This document shows positions 52,453 to 64,000 of a stretch of 64,000 nt of DNA, piece by piece. This DNA is from Hypanus sabinus (taxonomy: Eukaryota). Positions within the stretch are counted from its first letter, which is position 1. The number at the start of each line of letters is the position of its first letter. The DNA is taken from positions 67,704,001 to 67,768,000 of the forward strand of contig NC_082708.1 of assembly GCF_030144855.1 (NCBI RefSeq), given 5' to 3'. A program made the translations under genes and the position numbers. Under the pieces are notes generated by a model. The model saw only the letters and a list, made by a program, of their open reading frames with translations, was not told the origin of the DNA and did no database searches.

Positions 52453-52684
52453 TTCCATTGTAACCCTGCAAATTACCAAGGTTTTTACTAAATGTGAAGT
52501 TGTTAGGTTTAACTAAACAGGGAGAGGTCAAATCCTGACATCAACAAACCACTGTCACAATGAGCTGTTACATCACAATAGGTTTCAAACTCTGGTCACC
52601 TGCAGGCCAGAGGCACAACAACCTCCCTCAACACAGCTGGAGTTTGCTTTTCTGATTGGGAGGCTAGAGCGTTACAATCCTTCT

Positions 52685-54850
52685 GGGCTGTAAATTTTAC
52701 TGATCTTCTGATTTGACCAGTCTCCAAGTGGCAAGTCTGGTCCTTGTGTTAGCATTCCCAAAGGATCTGCATGGATTGAGTCAGGACCTCATGGTAGTAC
52801 AATGGGCTGACAGGCCTTCACCTGGCTGATGGACTTCCTTTCCTCAGTGAGGTTTCATCATGGCCTCGACTCCTTTCCTGGAACAGCACCTTCCATAATT
52901 GAAATCCAATACTGGATTGGATGCACCTGGCAGTCTGGAAGAGAGCACATTCTGTTGAGAAGGAGAAGCATCTGAAAGAGGAAGAACTGGAGATGATGAG
53001 GAAGAGGACACACTAGGACATTGAGCAGTACCACAAAGAGCCAAAATGCCTCTTCCAGAGATTCAGGGTCCTGGTCCTTGGTGGGATTTCATCCCAGTTT
53101 TGACTGACTTGCCTGATCCCCTGCTTTCGTGCCCACAGCACCCATGTTGCTCACAATGTGGGCTGTTTTGGTTCTAAGACCTTCCACTGGTGGACACACT
53201 GGTTGGTGATGTCCTGGTCTCCAACCATCCACCCTGAGTGAGAGTCATCCTGAAGCCTCAGGATGGCACTTCCCCTGCCAGGAATGTGCCCACTGATCTC
53301 TTGTTTTGTTCCAACTCAGAGAACCAGGATTCCAGGATCTCAGCCTTCTCTAGACTCAGTACTATGGCCCTCAGTCTCTTCAGACACTTTGGAACCTGAG
53401 TGGGGGTGCTACATTCAGGACCAGTGGGCTTCTGGGCATTTCCATAGGCCCAGAGTATGAAGATACAATGGATATTGTCCAGTTCCAGACTCAGGGCGGG
53501 GTTAAGTCTGCGGGTCTCCAGACAGAAGTCCAGAAGTCTGAAAATTGGCCAGGGCCCAATCCTCGATAGCTCTGACTAGGCGACACATTGTTTCACATTG
53601 ATGCCTGAGCAATGGGTTGAGACTCTTGGCCCCATCTGCTGGGGTTGGACAATCCACCAACTGGCTCCCTTAGCTGCTCTGAGCTCCACCCTCATAAGTG
53701 GATCATCCACATGGAGCCAGTCAGGAATCCCTCCTTCAGTCAGGAGGTGTTACCAGCTCAGCAAGCTGCTTACATCCATGGATAATCACCATTCTGCTTG
53801 AACATCAGGCAGAGGCTCCATAGCCTGTGGTCCATTTTCAGCTCCTTGGTGCCTGAACTCCAGGATGTTATTGGAAGTTGAAGTGGATACAGGTTCTGGT
53901 TAACCTTTTCCATGCCTCACAAGACAGCCTCCTCATTGCCCCCTTTGTGCTTCACTATTGCCAGGTCAGCTTAGGAGCTAACAGGAAAATCCTAAGTCTC
54001 CCAACGTTTAAAGTTAAGCCGACACTCTGTAGGGAATCTCTTCATCCTAACATACTCCACACATTGCTGGACACCGTGTAACTGGACCTCAGGCTGAGGA
54101 AGATGGAACCAGTGAGGGCTATCAAAATCAAAATGAGGGCTATTCTCAGACACCATCACTATAGCTAAAAGGAGCTGAACAGTCAGGACATGGATCTGGG
54201 CTTCCCAGCTTCAGATTGATGCTCTGGCTGTTCCATGATGGAACTCCCATCAAGTTATGCAATCCCAGCCATATGGCGTTCACTGAGAATGCTCACTTTG
54301 ACAGCCTCCTCCCAGCCAGGCACCTCCTCTCTCCTCACACTCTGGGCTGCTTTCTCAGTCACCAGCTGTGTGTGGAGAATGCCCTTAGTGAAGATCAGCT
54401 TCTCTGTAAACTGGTCCTTTGCTTGCTTTTCCCTTGTAAGCTTCCACTCATTCTTCACCGTTTTCTACCTACCTAGATAGATGTCCCATTGGGTGTTATG
54501 GAGAGTACTGGGTCTGTTTGTTCCTCTTCCTGGACTGGCTTTAGGTGTCAACAAGCTGGAACATGCTCACAATTCCCCCTGCACAGGAACCAGCAAAGGA
54601 GGGGAGAAACAACATTTTTTTTGGCTTTGAAAGGAAGAGCATCAAAAACACGCCTTCAAATGGAGACCACACCTGGAGATATTTTCTGCTGCTTAACTTC
54701 CCCCACCATCCCACCCACCAATCTTTGGGAGCCAATGTTTCATTCAATCAGTGCTGGCACAGCCTGCCCTAAAGGATGGGATCAGCCCACAGCCAGTCAC
54801 AAGCTCTTAAATTGAGCACTGTGGGGAAGGATGGAGGAAGGTTTTGGCCC
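52685..54850. mobile_element. Possible very old PIF/Harbinger remnant
   Basis: GC-richer block starting gggctgtaaattttac; plus strand has faint TWLM..SIIE..SG then an acidic tail ending LFQRF; convergent minus frame EKAAQSVRREE..VSILSE resembles Myb/SANT-ORF C-terminus; all weak. Confidence 0.3.
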
Positions 54851-55314
54851 AATGATGCATGTCATGGCATCTGTCTTGCTGTTGGTTGAAGGGTGGGATG
54901 AGATACCATTGAGACGAAGCTCTGAGTTCAGATGGAGAGAGTGGTCACAGAATGTATCACACACAATATTGTTTCAATGATTCATCATGATTTACCATCT
55001 GGAAGTTGTGTGGCATTGACCTTCTCGGGTGCGTTTGCTGACTTATGCAAATTTATATGGAGCACTGTCACAAGAAATTAGCATCCATCATTAAAGACTC
55101 GCAGCCAAGCAGGCTATGCTCTCTTCTCATGACTGCAGTTGAACAGGAGGTGCAGGAACATTTGGTTCAGGAACAGTTATTACCCTACAGTCATCTGTCT
55201 CCTGAAATTGTATTGATAACTTCAGTCAACTCAACCCTAAACTGATTCCACAACCAACAGACTCAAGTGCTCCCAGCTCACACAAATTCAAGGACTCCCA
55301 ACATTTTGCTTCTC

Positions 55315-55870
55315 CCAAGGATGTAATATGGAGGCTTTATAAGGCACTGGTGAGGCCTGACTTGGGGTATTGTGAGCAATTATGAGTCCTTATTAAAGGA
55401 AGGATGTGCTGACATTGGAGAGGCTCAGTGGAGGTTCACAAAATGATTCTGGCAATGAAAGGCTTATCATATGAAGAGCAAATGATGGCTCTGGGGGATC
55501 TTATTGAAATCTTTCAAACGTTGAAAGGCCTGGATAGAGTGGATGTGGAGAGGATGTTTCCTATCATGGGGGAATCTAGGACCAGACAGAATAGAAGGAC
55601 ATCCATTTAGAATGGAAATGAAGGGGAAATTCTTCAGCCAGAGGGAAGTGAATCTGTGGAATTCATTGCCACAGGCAGCTGTAGAGGTCAGGTCCTTGGG
55701 GGTATTTAAAGCGGATGTTGATAGGTTCTTGATTACTGGGCATGAAAGGTTATGGGGAGAAGCTAGGAGAGTGGGGTTGAGTAGGAAATGGATCAGACAT
55801 GATGAAATAGTGGAGAAGACTCGATGGGCCAAATGGCCTAATTCTGCTCCTATATCTTATTGTCTTATGG
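55315..55870 (+). mobile_element. CR1 LINE 3' fragment within Rex-type tail fragments (~55060-55270 and ~55880-56065)
   Basis: LYKALVRPDL, GDLIEIFQTLKGLDRVD, FFSQREVNLWNSLPQ; tcttattgtcttatgg tail. Confidence 0.9.
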
Positions 55871-56379
55871 AATATTCGTGTTGTCAGTATTATTTATTTT
55901 TTTATTTCCAAAGTTTATCTTTTGCACATTGGTTGTTTGTCAGACTTTGTGCATTGTTTATCATAACTTGTATTTCTTTATTTTCCAGTAAATGCCTGAA
56001 AGAAAATGAATCTCAAGTTAGTATATGGTAACATATGTGAACTTTGATATATATTTGACTTTGACTAAGTGATTGACCCGAGATCAGCTGGATCTCCGAG
56101 TCTTGTCCCAGTCTTCGGTGGGGGGCGGGGGCTGTGTGTGTGGATATTGATGCTTAGACACACAAACACACAATTCACAGGCATGCATGCAACAACTGTA
56201 AGTTCAGCTTAAAGGAGTTTGAAAATGGTGCTGTTCTATTGCATTAATAGTACGATCACTCGAGTTAAGTATAATATTCTCCTAAGGGGTTGTCTATTGG
56301 TGGGTCCTCAGTTACCTGTACAGATCTAATCCAGTCCCACATATTCTGGTGCAGTGTGGGTAAGGGTAAGTAATGGCTG

Positions 56380-56960
56380 TGGTTTGTCGTTTAGTCTCGC
56401 CTCTCACAGCTGCCTGGCACTTGTTCCCTATGGCACACTGGAGGATGTTCTCATACAACATAGCTCCCTCTTGAACTGATTTCCTCCAGGTGTATCCGTT
56501 GTGTGCATGGTCTTCTCTGCTTTTAGATTTATCATTGAATTTCTTCAGGATGGATTTGATGTTATCTTTGAAGTGTTTCCTTTATGCACCAGGGGCTCAC
56601 TGACCTTTGTTCAACTGCAAGTAAAGAATCTGTTTGGGAAGATAGAAGTTAGGCATCCAAGTGAAATGACCTATCCTTTGGACTTGGTATTGCTTTATTG
56701 TGGTGGAGATGCTGCTTATGTTGGCCTCCTTCAGTGCATTGCTGTGAGTGGGCCTGTCCTTCCAGTTGATACTCAAATTCTGTCGTAAGGATCTTTTGTG
56801 GTGTTGATCCCCACTGTAGATGATCCATGATTCAGCTCCATACAGCAATGTCGGAATTACGACTGCTCTATAGACCAAAGGATTTGTTTGTATCTGTAGG
56901 CCATGGTCTTCAAAGATTCCTTTCTTTAATCTTGCATAGGCTCCACTACCACTGCTCAGT
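56380..56960 (-). mobile_element. RTE-clade LINE 3' fragment
   Basis: AYARLKKGIFEDHGLQIQTNPLVYRAVVIPTLLYGAESW..SLRQNLSINWKDR..RIGHFTWMPNFYLPKQILY typical of RTE/BovB-like ORF C-terminus. Confidence 0.88.
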
Positions 56961-57617
56961 ACATTACCTAAATAAAAGAATGGACTGTCATACAATCACT
57001 ATCTCCATCAAGAGGGAGTATACTCATCTCCCCTCTACATTCAATAAACATTTCATCATCAAAAGCTGTTGTCACTGATTAATCTGACAACTCACAGTCA
57101 TTTCTCAATCACACCTTACTTACTTGAATGCAAGGAGAATGGTTCGGCCACTGTCACCAAACTCTCCTGAAATCTTCACAAAGAATTGCTATTTTATATA
57201 GAAATTGACTAGTTGGAAACAAGTATTAATTTATTCATCCAATACAAACTTTGTCTATTTCTGAATCCCATCTTTTGCATATTTAATACAGATTTCATGC
57301 ATTAATAAGCAATTAAATATACATGCTAAAGCCTAATATGTTTGAGAATGAGTAAAATAGCTGACCAATAATGTGTCCTGCTAAAATCCTTCATTTTCAT
57401 CTTCAGCTTGTCTTGGAATACTTCGTGACCTTGGTACCCAGCCTCGAGCAGAAACACTGTAGATAAAAAAGTTAATCATTCAAGGGCTATGTTCAGCTTG
57501 GGAGACTGGACTATGTCTGTATACTGTCTCTATCAACTTATCATCTTCACTCTTGTCTCATTGAACTTTCATACTCAGAAAAGGCTGGATAAAGGGGAGA
57601 CCAAAAGTTTGGTCTGT
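56960..57617. repeat. Unclassified ~0.8-kb repeat, copy B
   Basis: Colinear with 37640-38300 (e.g. catcatcaaaagctgttgtcactgattaa identical); truncated by CR1 tail at 57618. Confidence 0.9.
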
Positions 57618-60600
57618 TAGAGTCACAGAGTCATGGGAAAGTACAGCACCAAAGCAGGCCCTTTAGCTCATCTAGCCCCTGATGAACCATTTAACCTCCC
57701 ATTGACCTGCACCTGGACCATTGCCCTTCATACCCCTGCCATCCATGTACCTATCCAACTTCTTTTAAATGTCGAAATTGTGCCCACATGCATCACTTGT
57801 GCTGGCAACATATTCCATGCTCTCATGACTCTCTGAATAAAGATGTTACCCCTCATGCTACCCTTAAATTTTCACCTTTCATCCTTAAAACAAGACCACA
57901 AGTTGTGGTCCCAGCCAACCTCAGTGGAAAGAGCCTGCTTGCATTTACCCTATCTGTACCCTTCATAATTTTGTATATCTCTATTAAAACTCCCTTGACC
58001 TTCTATGTTCCACGGAATGAAGCCCTAAACTATTCAATCTTTCCTTATAACTCAGGTGTTCAGGAACAGACAACATCCTGGTAAATTTTCTCTGTACTCT
58101 TTTAACCTTGGTAACATCTTTCCCGTATGTAGGCAACTAAAATTATACATAATACTTCAGATTAGGCCTTGCCAACGTCATATACAAGTTCAACATGACA
58201 TCCCATCGCAACAGACAAACTGCTCGGCAACTCACCAGGTCAGACAGCATCTATGGAAATAAATGAACAGTCAATGTCTTGGGCTGAGACCCTTCTTCAG
58301 GACTGAAAAAGAAGGGGGAAGATGGCCAAATAAAAGGTGGAGCGAGGAGAGGGAGGATAGCCAGAATGTGATAGGTGAAGTCAGGTGGGTTGGAATGATA
58401 AAGAGCTAGAGAAGAAGGAATCTGATAGGAGAGTGGACCATAGGAAAAAGGGAAGGAGGAGGGGGCCTGGGGGAGTGATAGGCAGGAGCAAAGAGGTAAG
58501 AGGCCAGAGTGGGGAATAGAAGAAGAGGGGAAGGAGAGGGATTAATCTTTTTAATGAAAGGAGAAATTGTTACTCGTGCCATCAGGTTGGAAGCTACCTA
58601 AACCAAATATTAGGTGTTGCTCCACCACCCTGAGGATGGCCTCATCTTGGCACAAAAGAACGTGATGGACCAACAGGTTGGAATGGGAATGGGAATCAGA
58701 ATTAAAATGTTTGACCACCGGGAAGGCTGCTTCCCATCTTCTGTTCTCAATATTTTGATTAATGAAGGCCAAAGTGCCAAAAGCTTTCTCATTGAGCCTA
58801 TCTACCTGTGCTGCCACTTTCAATTAATTATGGACCTGTATTTGCAGGTCCCTTCTCAGTCCCCTACCTTTCAGTGTGCAAGACTTCCACTGGTTGGTCC
58901 TACAGAAATGCAAAGCCTTGCAATTGTCTGCATTAACTTCCATCTGCCATTTTTCAACCCAGTTTTCCAGCTGGTCATATCCTGCTGCAAGCTCTGATAG
59001 TCTTCCTCGCTGTCCACTGCACCCCTTATCTTGGTGTCATTCACACATTTGCTTATCCAGTTAACCACATTATCATCCAGATCATGTATATAGATGAGAA
59101 TCAACAAAGGACCCAGCACTGATCCCTGCAGCACACCACTAGTTGCAAGCCTCCAGTTAGAGGGGCAACCATCTACTACCATTCTCTGGCTTCCCCCACA
59201 AAGCTGATGTCTAATCCAGTTTACTACTTCATCTTGAATGCCAAGCGACTCTTCTTTGTTGACCAACCTCCTATGCAGGACCTTGTCAGTTGCCTTGCTA
59301 AAATCCATGTAGACAACATCCACTGCCTTGACTTCATCAACTTTCTTGGTAACTTCCTCAGAAAGCTCCATAAGATTTGATAGGCACAACCAACAGTGCA
59401 CAAAGCCATGCTGACTATCCCTAATCAGTCCATGTCTACCTAAATACTCATCTCTCCAATCCCTTAGAATACCTCCCAATAACTTCCCCACTACTGATAT
59501 CAGGCTCTTTGGCCTATAATTTCCTGATTTATTTTTAGAGCCTTTCTAAAACAGTAGAACAACATTAGCTATCCTCCAGTACCTCACTTGTTGCTAAGAA
59601 TTAATTCAATAACTCTGCTAGGGCCCCTGCATTTTCTGCCCTTACCTCCCCCAGGGTCTGAGGGACACCTTGTCAGGCCCTGGGGATTTAGACACCCTAA
59701 TTTGCCTTAAAACGGTAAACATCTCCTCTGTAATCTGTGTGGGTCTCATGACCTCACTGCTGATTTTGCTCTTTTCTATAGACCCTGTGTCTGTCTCCTG
59801 AGTGAATACCGAACCAAAAAATCCCATTTAAGATCTCCCCCTTCTCTTCTGGCTCCATGCACAGATTACCATTCTGATCTGCCAGAGGGCTAATTTCATC
59901 CCTTGCAATCATTTTGCTCTTAATAGGACAAATTCATGCCTTCTTTTAGACCTTCTGCTTTCTTTATTAAGTGTTTTCTTTCATTTCTTATACACCATAA
60001 GTAACTCATTTGTTCCTACCTGCCTATACCTGCTATACACCTCCTTCATTTCTTAACCAGGGCCTCAATATCTCTTGAAAACCAAGGAAACTCTATGGAC
60101 TGAAACCACCCTGAACATACTTGACAAACCCTATCCCATCTAGTCCTTTCACAGCATGAGCTTTCCAGTCAATATGTGGATAGTCAACATTACCTACTAT
60201 AACAATCTTATGGTTCTTGCAACAGTCAGCAATCTTCCTACAAATTTGTTCCCCTAAATCCCACAGACTGTTGGGTGGTCTATAATACAGGCCCATTAGC
60301 ATTGTCTTACCTTTCTTATTCCTCAGATCCACCCATAAAGCCTCACTAGACAAGTTATCCAGTCTGTCCTGACTGAGCACTGGCATGACATTTTCCCTGA
60401 GTAGTAACGCCACCACTCCCCCTTTAAACTCTCCTGCTCTGTCACGTCTATAACAACGGCACCACAGAATACTGAGCTGCCAGTGCAGCTCCTTCTGCAA
60501 CAAAGTCTCACTAATGGCAACAATATCAAAATTCTGTGAGTTGATCCATGGCTAGACCTCATCTGCCTTCCTTACAATATTTCATGCACTGAAGTATACA

Positions 60601-61690
60601 TTGCTCAGAACATTAATCACACCATGCTCAAACTTTTGATATCTGACTTTGTCTGAATCTTAACAGCATCTACCTCCACTATCTGTTCTGGCACACTGGC
60701 TCGCGTTCCCCTGTAACTCTTAATTCAAACCTCTCCCCCATGCAGCACTAGCCAACCTCCCCACTAGGATATTAGTATGCCTCTACTTCAGGTGCAACCC
60801 TTCTCTTCTCTACAGATCCCAATTTCCCTGTGTAGTCTTCCTATCTGTGGCCTCAATAGCTTATGGCAGGGTTAGCAATCCTGAAAACACAGCCCTGAAG
60901 ACCCTGTCTTTAACTTACACCTAACTCCTTGAACTCACTTTGCAGAACCTCGTCACGCTTCCTGCCTATGTCATTGGTGCCTACATGGACCACAACCTCT
61001 GGCTGCTCAACTTCCCACTTAAGAACGCTGGGGACACAATCCAAGATCTCCCTGACCCTGGTACCCGGGTGGCAACCATACCATCTGACAATCTCAGTCT
61101 CCGTCCACAGAATCTCCTCTGCATTCACCTAACTAATGAATCACCACAGTGTGCCTGTTCTCCCCGCTTTCCTTCCGAGTCACAGAGTCAGACTCAGTGC
61201 CAGAGACCTGATTGCTGAGACTTTCCTCTGCTAGGTCATCCTACTCAACAGTGTCATAAGTCTACCTGTTATTGAGGGTGATGGCCTCAGGGGTACTCTG
61301 CACTGGTTGTTTAACCCCCTTTGTCCCCTTCCTGACTGTCACTCAGTCAATGTGTTCTGCACCTTGGGTATAGCCTACCTATGTCCTATCTATCACATTT
61401 TCAGCCTCCCAAATGATCTGCAGTTCATCCAGTTCCAGCTCCAACTCCTTAACATGGATTGTTAGAAGCTGCCCCGGATGCATTTTTCACATGGGAGTCT
61501 CCCTGCTTTCCCACATTCCGCAAGAGGAGCATTCAACTATCTATCCTGCCATCCCTACTAACTGTGCAAATATAAAGAAGGAAACAATAAGTAAACTGCC
61601 AAAAAAAATATACCTACTGTCTTTTTTTGCCTTCTCTCATTCAAACCTCTCCTCATTGAAACCTCGAAGAGCTAACGTATCAAATAACCA
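57618..61690 (-). mobile_element. Long degraded CR1 LINE (ORF1 zinc finger/zipper + SGNH esterase, APE endonuclease, RT, 3' tail)
   Basis: VECSSCGMWE..ELELELDELQII; EQPEVVVHVGTNDIG; YRRDR..GGVVALL..GLYYRPPN..VGNVDYPHIDW; KSPGPD; DSQHGF..VDVVYMDFSKA..SGVLQGSVLGP; tail (tgactcta)n at 57618. Confidence 0.93.
58208..58731 (-). mobile_element. Penelope-like 3' fragment inserted in CR1, 7-bp TSD
   Basis: PVVKHFNSDSHSHSNL..EQHLIFGLGSFQPDG (GIY-YIG end); TCCCATC at 58201-58207 and 58732-58738; hammerhead-like motif at 58268-58305. Confidence 0.9.
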
Positions 61691-61699
61691 CTCTAACAC

Positions 61700-62040
61700 T
61701 TGTCATCTTGACTCTTGCCTAACTGAACTTCCACATTCAGAAACAGATGGACAAAGGGAAATTGTAAATGAGCACGCACTTGAAAAATAGTCTGAAAAAT
61801 AGTCTGTCATGTGAAAAGTAGATGAAAGACTAGCAGAAAAAGTAAGCTCAGCCTAAAAAAATTGTGGAAATGTTATTATTCAAGTACATAACCTAAATAA
61901 AAAGAGTGGACTGGCACATAATGATCATCTCAATCAAGACAGAGTATACATCTCACTTGTTTACATTCACTGGCATATTCATCATCAAATACTGTCCTCC
62001 ATCAATAATCTTGGAATGAGGGATTTAAGATGGAAAATCA
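61700..62040. repeat. Unclassified ~0.8-kb repeat, copy C (partial)
   Basis: Aligns with 38220-38590 (tcatcttgactctt..ctgaacttccacattcagaaa; aaataaaagagtgg; ttggaatga). Confidence 0.88.
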
Positions 62041-62149
62041 GAATCAGAATCAGGTTTATTATCACTGACATGTCATGCGATTTGTTGTTTTGCAGAAGTA
62101 ATACAGTACAATAAATTTTAAAAATACTTTATATTACCAAAAAATACAA

Positions 62150-62982
62150 TCAGTATATTTAATCGGTATGTGAGTGGAACCCAGTGTAGCACCTCCTCTT
62201 CAAGGTTCAATGTTTGATGTGTTCAGCATTCAGAGATGCTCTTCTGCATAGCACTATTGTAACACGTGGTTATTTGAGTTACTAATGTCGTCCTGACAGC
62301 TTAAACCAGTCTGGCTATTTTTCTCTGAATTTTCACTAAAAGGTGTTAGTGCCCGCACATTTACCTCTCACTGGATGTTTTCCATTTTTGAACCATTCTC
62401 TGTAAACTCCAGAAATCTCCAGAATAATGCAAGGAATGAAAAATATCCAATGAAAATCCAAGGAGATTTGGGGCACCATGGTAGCGTGAAGCCACTACAC
62501 CAGAAGCATCAGAGTTCAGAGTACAATGTCAGCATCATCTGTAATGAGTTTGTATGTTCTCCATGTGACCATATGGGTTTCCTTGGGGTGCTTGGGTTTC
62601 TTCCCACAGTCCAAAGATGTACTGTGTAATAGGTTAATTTGTCATTGTAAATTGTCCTGTGAGTAGGCTAGTGTTAAATAGGTGGGTTGCTAGGCAGCAC
62701 AGCTCATTGGAGTACAAAGGTCTGTTCTGCGCTGTATCCCTAAATAAATAAAAATCAGCAGTTATTTAAACCACCCCATCTGGTACCATTAATTATTCCA
62801 AGGTGAAAGACTCTTAGATTATATTCCCTCCCCATTTTGATATTTGGTCTGAACAACAGCTGAACTTCTACACTGCGTTTGCATGGTTTTATGCATGGAG
62901 TTGCTGCTATATCATTGGCTGATTAGATATTTGCATTAATGTGCAGGCATACAGATGTTCCCAAACAAGTGGCCACTGAGTG
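62150..62982 (-). mobile_element. Tc1/mariner non-autonomous derivative with nested V-SINE (~62468-62752)
   Basis: Paralog of 38690-39290 including the SINE at the same site; ends agtggccactgagtg|TA, a Tc1-like terminus with TA target. Confidence 0.8.
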
Positions 62983-63289
62983 TATATAAAATAAGTACTG
63001 TTAAAGAAAAGTGGTGGGTTGGAGACACGTCTCTACCAAAGAGGTGTAAGGCATTCCTTCCCTCCACTAGCCTGCAGGTCACTCTTGGGTAAGGTTTAGC
63101 ACCTGCCTAGCAAGAATGATTTAAATACTTTCTTCAGGAACTCAGCATTTCCTTGTTCCCATGCCCTGGTTCTCCCTTAACTTGGAGAAGTGGGCAAGGA
63201 GAATGAACAAACCCATTTCTACCCGGGAGATCCAACCCAGACACAGGAACACCATGGAAACCAGTTGCTCCTTTTACACATTTCTTCTC

Positions 63290-64000
63290 ATTGAAAATAG
63301 ATATTCATTTAGTCATCCAATTCAAACTTTGTCCATTTCTGAATCCCATCATTTGCATATTTAAGTACCAATCATAATACAGATTTCAGATGTTAATAAC
63401 AAATTCAATCTGTGTTAAAGGCTTATATGCTTGGCAATTAGTAAAACTAACTGTTCAAAAGTAAGTGTTGCTCTATAATACTTTGTTTATGTCTTCATGT
63501 TGTCTTCGTATGCTTGGAGTCTTTGGTCCCCAGCCTTGATCAGAAAGACTACAAAAGAAAGTTAGGCTTACAAGGGTCGTCTTCAGCCTGGGTGACTGGA
63601 CTAAGTCTATACACTGTCTCGGTCAGCCCGCCATTTTGATTTAATGCATTTCCACATTCAGGAAAGGCTGGACAAAGGGAAGTCCAAAGACTTGGTCTGT
63701 TTTGAGCATCTAGGCAGGTTCAAACAGTACACCAACTATCACAGTTCAGACACCTGAAAAATGGGCTGTTAATTGAATTGCAGACAAACGAATAGCAGAA
63801 ACCTTAGCCTAAAAGATTTATGGAAATGTTATTATTCTATTATATTACCTAAATAAAACAAGTGGACTGGTACACAGTGACCTTCTCCATCAAGCGAGAG
63901 TATACATCTCAGTCCTTTATATTCAAAGACATTTTCACTATCAAATGTTGTCCTCCATCAGCAGTCTTGGAATGAGGGATGTAAGGTGTAAAGTTAGAAT
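63290..64000. repeat. Unclassified ~0.8-kb repeat, copy D (runs to window end)
   Basis: Colinear with 37900-38590 (e.g. gcctgggtgactggactaa, ttccacattcag, aaagggaagtcca, ttggtctgtt). Confidence 0.9.

Noticed and set aside
63873-63910. V(D)J recombination signal heptamer CACAGTG in the repeat
   Set aside because: No nonamer at 12 or 23 bp, not conserved in other copies, no Ig/TCR V-domain motifs

Overview
Eukaryotic, AT-rich, repeat-saturated vertebrate DNA. The repeat repertoire (V-domain/HE1-like SINEs, CR1, Rex1-like and RTE LINEs, abundant Penelope-like 3' ends) suggests a cartilaginous fish, probably a ray or skate (inference). No intact host protein-coding gene, rRNA, tRNA or CRISPR array was recognised; the ORFs in the track that I could identify are decayed transposon fragments, and the rest look like chance frames. 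Recognisable elements: a Penelope-like element (1-2.2 kb) plus several Penelope 3'-end copies carrying degenerate minimal hammerhead-ribozyme motifs; a BEL/Pao gag remnant; one PNMA-gag Gypsy element and one Rex1 LINE that are both split by an apparent ~5.9 kb inversion (about 11880-17772); solo LTRs; a ~10 kb nested stack (Mag-like Gypsy > chromovirus > CR1 and CR1+Rex1, 39.3-49.3 kb); a young, CpG-rich, internally deleted Buster/Charlie-type hAT with a perfect 8-bp TSD; a possible very old Harbinger; an RTE fragment; and a long degraded CR1. The main unexplained signal is an old, locally multiplied ~0.8 kb unit that matches no TE I recognise (37.6-38.6, 57.0-57.6, 61.7-62.0 and 63.3-64.0 kb). 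It has minus-strand splice-like signals and residual reading frames and may be a decayed tandem gene or lncRNA array. Boundaries were read by eye and are approximate unless a TSD or TIR is quoted.
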